From contig NC_091998.1 of assembly GCF_044704955.1 (NCBI RefSeq), positions 12,276,001 to 12,340,000 on the forward strand: a stretch of 64,000 bases of DNA. The letters are read 5' to 3'. The number at the start of each line of letters is the position of its first letter. Within the stretch, counting starts at the first letter, position 1. Below are positions 49,703 through 60,869 of this stretch, piece after piece. The position numbers and the translations under genes are program-made. The notes below the pieces were generated by a model that was not told the origin of the DNA, made no database searches, and was given only the letters and a program-made list of their open reading frames with translations. The stretch comes from Pristiophorus japonicus. Its lineage: Eukaryota.

Positions 49703-50092
49703 TTAGAAAAATAGAAAGTTACATCGCAGAAGGAGGCCATTTCGGCCCATCGTGTCCGCACTGGCCGACAAAGAGCCACACAGACCTCGGTCAGTGGCCC
49801 TGAAGGTTACATATAAACCTACGAACAATGAACAATAGCGGAAAGTTAAAGAGCACCCGGCCCAACCAGTCCGCCCCACACAACTGCGCCACCCCTTACA
49901 CTGAAACATTCTACACTCCACCCCAACTGGAGTCATGTGATCTCCTCTGAGAGGCAAAAACCAGATTAAAAACCCAGGCCAATTGGGGGGAAAAAAATCT
50001 GTGAGAATCCCTCTCCAACCCATCCAGGCGATCAAAACTAGTCCAGATCATCACCCTGGCCGTATTTGATTCCATGCAGTACTTACCATCGT
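49703..50092 (-). mobile_element. CR1 family B 3' UTR fragment
   Basis: Aligns with 3200-3265 plus 9989-10310. Confidence 0.85.
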
Positions 50093-50307
50093 TTAAGCTT
50101 GGTTCCTTGCTGGGGTGAATATTTAATGCTTTTGCAGCTTTTAACTACTGATTTAGCAGGGAGGGTATTAAGTCTCTAGCTCTCCTACTGGCCTTGAAAA
50201 CTACTTATCCTCTTCAACCATTTTGAGTGCCTTGTTAAGCAGCCATTGAAATAGCTATGTCCATGTCCAGGATCCTCAGCATTTTCACTTCCCTCCTCTC
50301 TTGTGGT

Positions 50308-50670
50308 AAAATCCTCATCCTTGTTTTCAAATCTCTCCATGGCCTCACCCCCTCCCTATCTCTGTAACCTTCTCCAGCCCTAGAGTCTTCCGAGCTCTCT
50401 GCGCTCCTCCGATTCTGGCCTCTTGAGCATCCCCGATTTTAATCGCTCCACTATTAGCGGCCGTGCCTTCAGCTGCCGAGGCCCCAAGCTGTGGAATTCC
50501 CTCCTAAAACCTCTCGACCTCTCTTTCCTCCTTTAAGAGGCTCCTTAAAACCTACCTCTTTGATTAACCCTTTGGGCAGCTGTCCTAATGTCTCCTTATG
50601 TGGCTCAGTGACAAATATTGTTTGATTACGCTCTTGTGAAACGCCTTGGGACATTTTACTACGTTAAAGG
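50308..50670 (+). mobile_element. L2 LINE 3' fragment
   Basis: KILILVFKSLHGLTPPYL, GGRAFSCRGPKLWNSLP, tail gtgaaacgccttgggac...gttaaagg similar to the Deu-SINE tail. Confidence 0.85.
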
Positions 50671-53600
50671 TTATCTGCCTGTTTGAGGCACTATAGTTGA
50701 ACTCAGCTGACAGAATACAGTGGTGTAAAGCAATTTGTCTTTAAAAAAATATGTGCAAAGCAAAAAAACTGAAAATGCAAGTGATCAAGTTTTATTTATT
50801 TTGTATAATTTCATTTGCAAAAAGAATTAGATCAGCTGTCCACAATCAGCGATGGTAACATTTTTGTTGGTTTTGTCACATTGCCGTACCCTTCCATCTT
50901 CCTTTCCCTCTGTCACAGAACCAAATACAACATGCTTTCTATCCAACCTGCAAGATTCAACAACAACAGACATTAGTAACCACAGAATCCTCCAGTGAAT
51001 AATTGGAGAGAGAATACTAAGTCACCATACACTTACCACTCAGTTTTTTCAGTACATATAAAACTGGGATCCATTCGTATCGGGCCTAGCATTGGCCAGG
51101 CACAGGATACCTGCAGTAAGATGACAAGAAGTAAACATTCCATAAATGTGTTCAGCTTCCTCTCCTGTACAATTTGCACTAAGATGGTGCCTTTCGGGTA
51201 ATGAAATGTAAAAATGCATTTCTGGGCTTGGGAGAAAGAACAGGAGTTGGGGGGGGGAGAGATGACTGACAGTCAGTGAATTAGGTTTGCAGGCAATTTT
51301 GAAAGTGGGTAGAAATACAACAGAAGGATTTTGAAAGCAATAAATCCAAGTAACAAACTCCTCCAAAGCCCCCTTATATTCTTTTCCCTTATTGCTAGCA
51401 TAAAGGCCCAGGTTTGTTATAGGTAAAGATTAAGCTGAACAATTGCTTTTGTTTGCTATTCAAAAATCAGGTTGCTGAATATTTTCACTATATTACCATA
51501 TCTGCACTTCCCAGGTAAACACCCACTATTTGATCCCCAATAGTGGTTCTCACAGGCAAGGTTGAGGTCTACAGCACTGTTGTGATGTTTAGCAAAGATG
51601 GAGCTGTGTTTAAAAACAACAACCATTTAAAACGACTCAGGTACTTGTAAATAGTCAGATTGTCATAGAATGGGTGCAGCACGGAAGGCGGTCATTCGGC
51701 CCATCAAGCCGATGCCAGCTCTCTGCAAGAGCATCTCAGCTAATCCCACTCCCCCGTCCTCTTCCCATAGTCCTTTAAATTATTTTCTCAAGTACTTATC
51801 CAACCCACCTTTGAACGCAGTGATTGAGTCTGCCTCCACCACCCTTACAGGCAGTGCATTCCAGATCCTAACCACTCGCTGTGTAAAAAACGCTTTTTCT
51901 TGTGTTGCCTTTGGTTCTTTTGCCAATCACCTTAAATCTGTGTTCTCTGGTTCTCGACCCCTCCGCCAATGAGGAACAGCTTCTCTATCTACTCTGTCCA
52001 GACCCCAAATTATGAAGTCACATGTACCATTTCCGCAGATTGGTAACTACTTCTAATGCCTGGCTCATACCCTGGGGGGAGGCCAGGTAATGCCAATGAA
52101 AGCCAGCAGAAACCAGATCTCTATTTTCCTCCATTTTTTAATAAAAGAGACCGTTTAGTTGTTTAGTTGAAGTGTGGCATCTCAAGTACAACAGATGCAG
52201 CTTATCCAAAACTTGGGTAAACCTGAAAAGTCCCAAGTCCCAAGACATGGATATATTGGTCATCTACACCTTAGAAACATTATTAGCCCAGCTAAGACTT
52301 GTCATATTTTCAGTAAGTGTAATGAACAGATGATGCCGTTCAAAAATGTAGCGAATGTAGCCACTTAAAACTGAAAGTAACAATTTGATTAGCAGAACTA
52401 TTCATATAGAAATAAAGAGTTGCCTATATATGGCACCTTGTCAGAAATGTCTCAAAAACTATGACTTTGGCTTCAGTATAATTTACTTGGGAATTCTCTA
52501 ATATTTGATAATATTCCATCTCCCTGCCTTCAGCTTCGCACCTCTTCCCTTACCCCCCCACCACCCCCCCCCCCACCTCGTCCTTCACCCCAATGAATCC
52601 AGCCCCTCAACATTCCCTTCCTCCTACCTCCTCCACTCTTCCACCCCACTCCTGAAACACATCATACCAATATGCCAAGCATCCTACTTACCAGGCCCTG
52701 TGTGCTTCAGTGTGAAGTTCTCATCCGCAAACTTGTTCCCGTAGATGGACTTTCCACCCGTGCCGTTGTGATTTGTGAAGTCACCGTCCTGTACAATTGA
52801 AAATGGAACATGTCATTAGTCATTTACAAGCACAGAGACATTCCAAATATTCGCAAAATAAAGTTGCTCCTCACCTGGCACATGAAGTCAGGAATGATTC
52901 TGTGGAATGTGGAGTCCTTGTAACCAAAACCCTTCTCACCGGTGCACAACGTACGGGAGTTTTCTGTAACAAAGCCATTCAGAGTAAGACCAGACATCGA
53001 TACAACTGAGACTTTCTTCAGCTCAACAGTCAGTTCCTGGGACTTACTTGCAGTCTTTGGGACCACATCAGCCCTGAGCTGAAAGAGACAACAGTGCACA
53101 GCTTCAGTATATCGACCACGTACAATAATAACACACTACAGATTTACAGCCGTAATCCCTGTTCAAACATTGTATTGAGAAGATTTGTAAAAGCTAATCA
53201 CACGTACACATGAACAAGTTTTATACAGACCAACAGTAACAATTGTAGCGACACTGTTGCTGGACTTGGATACAATTATTTTACCACATAGCTGATCAAT
53301 AAGCATTTAACAGATTCTTAAACTTGTGTGGGGAAATTCCTGTAATTCCCAACATAATCCTGGGGTCCCTTACAAATATTGTCTGAGATCCGTAATTTCA
53401 CACAGACAATGTCAGCGAGTCAATGGAAAGCAGTGGTATCATTGCAGGAATTACTGGAAATCAAACACATTTTTTGTAGCTGTAAACACATTGGGGGAAG
53501 AGGGAGAACAGTGCAAAAAGGAGAAGCCCAAACCTACAGCTACCCTCTGCCCCCTCCCCCTCTTGGCACTTGCCTAAAGTCCTATCATGGCACTTGTTGC

Positions 53601-53744
53601 TACCTCATGAGTAGCAACCGAACTGCCCCATCAGACGCTCTCACCAACCATCTGTTCCTGGTTCTTGCGCCAGCTGACATTACAAGTGGTTTCCCCTCTC
53701 TTCCGGTTCTGTTCCCACTTCCTTTCATAGCTCATCACACCCCT

Positions 53745-54620
53745 CCTCAAAACTCATCTAATTCTATCAGCACAACCCTCTATTCCCTTGTCCCCCGTGT
53801 GCTTATCCAACCTCCACTTAAATGCATCGATACTATTCGCCTCAACTACTCCCATTGGTAGCGAGTTCCACATTCTCACCACTCTTCAGGTAAAAACGTT
53901 TCTGCTGAATCCCCTATTGGATTTCTTGGTGACTATCTTATATTGATGGCCTCTAGTTTTGCTCTTCCCCACAAGTGGAAACATTCTCTCTGTATTCGCT
54001 CTATCAAAACCTTTCATCATTTTAAATACCTCTATTAGGTCACCCCTCAAGCCTTCTCTTTTCAAGCCTGTTCATCCTTTTTTTTCCAAAAATATACTTT
54101 ATTCATATAAAATGTTCACAATACATTGGAAAATAGTTCAGTATCTTGTGGTCAGCAATTCCATACAATTCGTTTGGATGCTGACAGCAGTTCCATACAA
54201 TGCACCAGAGTGCATTTCATTTCAAGGTACAGTTTAGTACAATCCGTAAATCACGTTACATGTAGTACTGTGCAAATAAGGGTATTACATGGAGCAGGTA
54301 AGAACAGGTTTACATTACATTCCAGGATAGATTTCAATGCCGATCACGAATCACGTTACATGTAGCACTATGCCGATGAAGGCAGTACACGAAACGGATG
54401 AGAATACATTTACATTTCTTTACAAGTTACTAAACAGTACAGAGACTTTCATTATACATGGCACAGCCTGTTCATCCTTTCCTGATAGGTACAACCTAGC
54501 ATTTCTGGTATCATCCTTGTAAATAAATCTTCACTGCACCCTCTCCAGTGCCTCCTATCATTTTTGTAATATGGCGACCAGAACTGTACACAGTGCTCCA
54601 AGTGTGGTCTAACTAGTGTT
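53745..54620 (-). mobile_element. Old CR1 3' fragment in cyclophilin intron 1, interrupted at 54081-54464
   Basis: LVRPHLEHCVQFWSPYY motif and ORF2 end. Confidence 0.75.
54081..54464 (-). mobile_element. Polyadenylated non-coding retro-insert (L1/Tx1-type 3' UTR or retroposed RNA)
   Basis: 16-bp TSD AGCCTGTTCATCCTTT (54065-54080, 54465-54480), short poly(A) and AATAAA on the minus strand. Confidence 0.75.
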
Positions 54621-54689
54621 ACATTAGTGCAATTAATGCTGCACATTTGCACTGCGAGTTTCGAACCCGGTTTTGCAGCGACCCCGCAC

Positions 54690-55000
54690 AACTCTTTTAA
54701 AAGGAGACAAAATTAAGTTAGATCAAGTGCCCCCCCCCCCCCGATCTGGGGGACACTCCAGACACTTTTCAAATGCCCTTTTTTTGGGGGGGGGGTTTTT
54801 GTGTTTTTTTTGGGCTTTAAAATCATATATTTTACAAGTGCCCCCTATAAAAGGGGAGGGGGGACACTAAAATCCGGCAATTAAAGCAAATTAAACTTTA
54901 AATCATATAAAATCAAATAAAAATTTGGTTGCCAGGGGTGATAATGCACTCCAGTCCCTCCGGCGCCCACCTCTCACGGAAGGCCGCGAGCGTACTGCGA
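54690..55000 (-). mobile_element. Tx1-clade LINE 3' fragment
   Basis: TLAAFRERWAPEGLECIITPGNQI plus 3' UTR; homologous to 25284-25577. Confidence 0.75.
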
Positions 55001-55041
55001 CCCCGCACATTCCAGAGACTCCATGCTCAGCTGTTGTTGCA

Positions 55042-55250
55042 GCGCGCAGGCGTACTTGGTCCCCGGGAACAGCTCCGCCAGCCACCGGCCTGCGCAGGCG
55101 CAACTGGTTCCCGGGAACAGCTCCCCCAGCAGCCGCGCCGGCGCAATTGATTCCCGGGAACAGCTCCCACAGCTGCCGCGCCGGCCTGCGCAGGCGCACT
55201 TGGTCTCCGGGAACAGCTCCCCAGCGGCCGGCCCGCGCAGGCGCACTGCG
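55042..55250. repeat. GC-rich minisatellite (about 4 units of 43-54 bp) at the start of cyclophilin intron 1
   Basis: Recurring gcgcaggcgca...(t/c)cccgggaacagctcc units. Confidence 0.8.
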
Positions 55251-55614
55251 AGCCTTCCCTCACCGACGGCTTGGAGTACAGCTCACGTCCATCACCATCG
55301 GGCCCGCCCTTTTTACGTCAAAAATCGATGTCCATGTGAAGCTGGGGATTGCTGCTGGCCATTGCCCCGCAGCGGGTTTCCGGGGTGAGTGAGTGAGAGG
55401 CGCTCGGATAGCTGGCGGAGGGGAGCGGCCTGGGCCTGGGGCTAAAATGGGCCCGGATTCCCTTCAGGCAATTCTCACTGTACACATTCCCATGGTCACA
55501 GCGCAGAGGGAGGCCACCTCCACAATTGGACTTAACTCTGTGCTTCTCTCTCTGCACAGATACAGCCTGGCCTGCTGGGTATTTCCAGTACTTTCTCTTT
55601 TTTTATATTTTATA

Positions 55615-56080
55615 TATAAACCATTCGGCCCATCGAGTCCATGCCCTTTCCCCGTAGCCTGGCAAATTTGATTCCCTCGGGTACTTTATCCAATTCCCTT
55701 TTGAAAGTCACGATTGAGTCTGCCTCCACCACCCTCCAAGGCAGAGCATTCCAGATCCTAAACACTTGCTGCATAAAGCAGTTTTCCTTTGGTTCTTTTG
55801 CCAATTACCTTAAATCTGTGCCCTCTGGTTCCCGACCCTTCTGCCAAGGGGAACAGTTTCTCTCTATCGACTCTGTCCAGACCCCACGTGCTTTTGAACA
55901 CTTGATTAAATCTCCTCTCAACCTTCTCTGCTCTAAGCAATCCCAGCTTCTTCAGTCTGTCCACGTAAACTGAAGTCCCTCATCTCTGGAACCATTCTCC
56001 TAAATCTTTTCTGCACCCTCTCCAAGGCCTTCACATCCTTCCTAAAGTGCGGTGCCCAAAATTGGACACAGTACTCCAGT
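55615..56080 (-). mobile_element. CR1 3' fragment
   Basis: GLDRVDREKLFPLAEGSGTRGHRFKV motif. Confidence 0.8.
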
Positions 56081-56507
56081 TACTTGGGCTTTTGGACAGG
56101 CGGCTCTCTTAAATATTCATCTCATGGTGAAATTTACTTGATTCTGCCCGTGACACGAGATATAAACATTCATCTGCAGAACTAATAGGTAATACTTGGC
56201 CTACGTTCATAGAATCTTACAGCACAGAAGGAGACCATTCAGCCCATCTCTGCTGTCCAGAGCTATCCAATTACTCCCACTTCCCTGCGCTTCCCCCACA
56301 GCTTACCCCGGGGTCAGGGATCGAACCTTAAGACCCACTACCACGCTCCCAGAAGCAGCTACCTGCTCCTGCGGGCTGCTCCAGAGTCCTCCCCACCCGA
56401 CTGGAAGCCAAGCCTTCCAACCAGGCTGACTTCCGAGGGATGATTAAACTAAAATTAATTCTGAAGGCAGCCAAATAGTTTAATCTAAATAGGAATCCCA
56501 GTTATCT

Positions 56508-56957
56508 GTGTCAGCCGCGGCTCAGTGGGTAGCACCCTCACCTCTGAGTCTGAAGGTTGTAGGTTCGGGTCCCACTGCAGAAACTTGAGCACATAAATCT
56601 AGGCTGGCATTTCAGTGCAGTGCTGACGGAGCGCTGCACTGTTGGAGGCGCCATCTTTCGGATGAGACGTTAAACCGAGGCCCCCGTCTGCCCCTCAGGT
56701 GGATGTAAACAAATTCCATGGCAGCATTTTGAAGAGCAGGGGAGTTATCCCCGGTGTCCTGGCCCATATTTATCCCTCAATCAACATAACAAAAACAGAT
56801 TATCTGGTCATTACCACATTGCTGTTTGTGGGATCTTGCTGTCGTGTTTACCACGTTGCAACAGTGACTACACTTCAAAAAGTTCTTCATTGGCTGTAAA
56901 GCGCTTTGGGACTTAGTGTGGTTGTGAAAGGTGCTATATAACTGCAAGTCTTTCTCT
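56508..56957 (+). mobile_element. Full-length Deu-domain SINE
   Basis: Box A ggctcagtggg (56519), box B ggttcgggtcc (56562), Deu core, L2-like tail. Confidence 0.88.
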
Positions 56958-56996
56958 CTAAAAGGCGAGTTGAGGAAGTGCATCTGGTGTAGTGTT

Positions 56997-57015
56997 TTGC
57001 TGCCACCTAGTGGTA
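56997..57015 (-). promoter_or_regulatory. Candidate CTCF site
   Basis: Minus strand CCACTAGGTGGCAGCA matches the CTCF core consensus; motif match only. Confidence 0.35.
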
Positions 57016-59639
57016 ATTTATTCATCACCATGCTGTCACCCAAAATAGGGGTACGAATGCATGTTTTACATCCACAGTGATTCATCGCAAGAACACATAC
57101 ACTGTAAATTTATCAGTTGACTTCAGCACTTTGTTCAGACTCAATTAAAATTCCTCAATTTCAGTACTTTTCACATTTTCTTGAAGTACAGTTCCGGAGT
57201 GCGATTCAGAACAGGTATCTGCTAAATTGAGATTATACCAGCCAGGGTACAGGGGATACACCACAACTGATCTTAGCGAGCATGAGGCAAATGAACGATC
57301 GCTGAGGGATTCTGCTGCTCACTGCTATCCAGCACCTCACCTTGATAAGACGACGGGCAAGGACAGGCCTAGGAATGGATGCCATCCCCTTGTTGAGCAG
57401 CTTCCACTATTAAATCATACCTGTGAAGAATGGGCCCGAGGTAACAGAGGTCTGACATCACTTTCAGGAGAGGATGCTGAGAGAAAAGTGGTTTCCCTCT
57501 CCCAAAATAATGTGCCACCATATTAGGAAAGAGAATGTAGATTAGCTGCCTTGTAGGGTCTTGGCCATTATTTAAAAGGAAACATCCTTCATACACTGCA
57601 AAAGGGCAGGTTCATATAGGGCTGATCACTGCAGATGAGGCCTTTCCAATTTCAGATATTTGATCTTCTCTGGATAACACCACCTCTCCTAGGCTGCAAG
57701 TTAAATCTTTTCCTAGCTTGCAATACTACAGTACCACAATGAATGCAGTATCTGTTTATAGGTTATATCCCCAACTACTGCTGGGGAAGCTGAACAAGTG
57801 CTTCACAAATGATGCTTGCAATTGAAGATTGAAAATAAGATCTACAAGATAGTTAATAAAAGCTGATTGATTTCAAGCATGCTACAAGGAGTGCCATCCA
57901 CTGGCTGAGGGATACCTCTACCTGTGGTTATTACCCCAGCCCCTGATACCATTACTGTCACTTGCTCCTTGCACAGGCATTTTATATACATCAAAAGAGA
58001 AGCTATGCTTTCCTGATACTTCCAAGCCACCCTGTTTATAATGGAATGTCTATTGCTCCATGATACCAAGAGGTTCAACTGTCAATCCTTTAACTCTCCA
58101 CGTTGTCCAACATACACCTCCAGGGTGTCCAACACTGGAGTCTGACTCTGATGCACTGCAAGGGGGGGGGGGAAAGAAAGGAGGATGATATTTGTTCCCC
58201 TGAGCATTACAATACGGTCACTGCAGCAATAGACAGCAGCTTGAAATCATCAAATCCATCCATTGTCTAGCATCTAAATGAAGTGAGAATTCGTGCTTCA
58301 GTGAGCACAAGTCCTAAACTCTTGATTGTCTTCAAACAAATTGGAGAACTCTCAGATTCTGCCCTAGAGACAATCCCAAAAGTACCTTCCCTCCTGTACT
58401 GAAAGTGCTGCCTGAAATACCCATCCGTCATGTTGGTCGGTCCTCGAACAGACAGTTGCAGGAAATCTAGCTGATTCCATCTGGCCTCTAGCATAATTGC
58501 ATAAACCCCACTGCCGAACAGCAGCTGAGCACAGAATGGGGATCAAACCGGAGCATTTCTCATCTGCCGGATATTATGCGCCAAGCAGCACTTACCCATA
58601 TGCCATTGAAGCTTGCAGGCTAATGAAGCACCTGACACACCACATGGTCAGTGGTGAAGACGACCCCAGCTCATGCACGGTAATGTGGGTCGTGCATGTC
58701 TAACCCTTCCGTAGGATCTACATCCATGTGCCATGACTAGTATATGGACAACGTAATTACATAAAATTGGGAGCCCCCAATAACCAATTGAATGCCCCCC
58801 CCCCCCCCCCAATTGAAACAAAAATCATTGAACGTACAGATACCAGAAAATCCATCCCTCCCCATACACCAATAATCACATTTCTCCTGCACAAATGGAT
58901 TTGGTGCCTCCGCTGCCTTTCCCTCCAATCCCATTATTGCCTCGAAGACCGTCTGCAACTGCCTCGGTGTTTGTGTCTACCATTATACCTGCTGTTGCTA
59001 CGCCAATTAAAAGAGAATATTTGGTTCTATGTTCTACCGCAAGTCCAGGGTCTGTCTACCTACACCACTCAGCATTGGGGAGTGAAGGTTCACCAACTAT
59101 CACAGTAGGATCCAGTTGCCAAAACGTTGGTTCCATCATCAAACCAGATGAGGAAAGACAGGAGACTCGAGTGGAGCATAAAGACCAGCATGGACTGACT
59201 GGGACAAATGGCCTGTCTGTGTCAAATATCCCATGTACACCAAAAACAGGTAGACAGTGTTGAGAAGAACAGATGCCAATAATGAAGGACTGGCTGGCAA
59301 ATGGCATTGAACACCAGGCATTTAGCTCGGATCTGGGCTTGAAGCCAAATGCATCATAGAGTCAAGCCTTTTATTATTTTCTGTACTTGTCCATGACATT
59401 TTAATGATCCATGTATGTGGACCACCACTGTTTCTAGCTTTCCACCATTCAGAAAGCACACTGATCTATCCTTTTTTGGTCCAACATGAATGACCTCACG
59501 CTTGCCTATGTTGAAATCCATTTTCCAGTTTTGCTCACTTAATCTTTGTAATTTTATGTTTCCATCTTTGTGTACCCGCCCAATATCCTTACTCACTGTC
59601 TCCTGCCACTCAGCCAATTTCCTAACCTCCCCTGGATAG

Positions 59640-60070
59640 GTACAGCTGCAATACTAAAGAAGCTCGACACCAACCAGGATAAAGCAGTCTTATTTAATAG
59701 GCTGCCGCCCCAGCACTTTAAATATCCACTCACTCACTCTGCTGCCAGCACACTGTGGCTAGTGTGTGTTAGCCATAGGATTGACTGCAATACACCAAGG
59801 CTTCTGCAACAACACCTCCCGGACCCACAATCTCTAAAAAATAAATACATGGGCAGCAGGAGTCTGGGAACACCATCACCTCCACTTTTCCCTGCACATC
59901 ACATCATCCTCACTTGGACATATACCACTGTTATACTTCACAGTAGCTGGGTCAAAATCCCAGATCTCCCTACCCAACAGTAGGGAGTACTTGATTGCAG
60001 CAATTCAAGATGGCAGTTCCACCATCACCTTCTGACCTTGCTAGCGACACCCATATCCAAAGAATAAAAT
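59640..60070 (+). mobile_element. Old CR1/L2-group LINE 3' fragment
   Basis: LKKLDTNQDKA...PRLLQQHLP remains; tail shared with the SINE at 19545-19690. Confidence 0.6.
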
Positions 60071-60279
60071 TTTTTTTAAACTTGGAGAACCTTTTTCTCA
60101 AGTGACGCTCCTCAGGTTATCTGCCTGTTTGACACATTTGAGTTGAATTCAGCTGAGAGAATACAGTGATCTTAAGCAATTAGTCATTAATATGAAATAC
60201 TACAGTGCAAAGCAAAAAAAACTAGAAATGCAAGTGATCAAGTTTTATTTAAATTCTATAATTTCATTTGGAAAAATAA

Positions 60280-60579
60280 TTAGTCCAGCTGTCCACAATC
60301 AGCGATGGTAACTTTTTTTTTGGTTTTGCCACTTGAATCGCCCAACGCTTCCATCTTCTTCACAACTTCATCATACCCCTCTGTCACAGATCCAAATACA
60401 ACATGCTTTCCATCCAACCTTCAAGATTCAACAACAGACATTAGTGACCACAGAATCGTGCAGTGAATCATGGAGAGAGAATACTAAGTCACCATACACT
60501 TACCACGAAGTTTTTGCAGTGCATAAAAAAAACTGGGATCCATTCGTATTTGGCCCAGCATTGGCCATGGACAGGATAC
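60280..60579 (-). CDS. Second cyclophilin A/D-type gene, last two exons (60579-60504 and 60418-60280), intact; earlier exons not in window
   Basis: [26 protein letters not shown] + [45 protein letters not shown]; GT-AG boundaries, 76-nt exon 5, AATAAA at 60244-60249. Confidence 0.88.
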
Positions 60580-60869
60580 CTGCAACAGTAAGGTGACAAG
60601 TAGTAAACATTCCATAAATATGTTCAGCGTCCTCTCCTGTATAACTTGCACTTAGGTGGTGCCTTTCATGTAATGAAAATGTTAAAATGCATTTCTGGGC
60701 CTGGGAGAAAGAACAGGGTGAGACAAGTTGGGAGGGAGAGATGACTGAAGGTGACCGAGGTAGGTTTGGAGGCAATTTTGAAAGCGAGTAGAAATGCAAC
60801 AGAAGCAGCCAAGCAACACATTCCTCCACAGCTACATTATGGATTCTGTCATCCGTATTGTACGGATAT

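Larger units (their letters stand above)
50827..55362 (-). pseudogene. Cyclophilin A/D-type peptidyl-prolyl isomerase, six-exon unprocessed pseudogene (exons 55362-55287, 53078-53048, 52963-52875, 52788-52692, 51110-51037, 50947-50827)
   Basis: MASSNPQLHMDIDF / [10 protein letters not shown] / [25 protein letters not shown] / [32 protein letters not shown] / ILCLANARPDTNGSQF / LDRKHVVFG...IADCGQLI*; all introns GT-AG; +1 nt in exon 1 (TGA at 55320-55318), -2 nt in exon 5, 18 nt missing from exon 6; AATAAA at about 50791-50800. Confidence 0.88.

Noticed and set aside
54370-54400. Hammerhead-like ccgatga...gaaac
   Set aside because: Core U is substituted and no stem II pairing is possible.
54925-55392. 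Overlapping 70-155 aa ORFs on both strands
   Set aside because: Caused by the stop-poor GC-rich minisatellite and CpG island; the real coding signal is cyclophilin exon 1.
57227-59263. ORFs and exon-like segments between the two cyclophilin copies
   Set aside because: No recognisable domain and no consistent splice chain (one implied intron is only about 30 nt).
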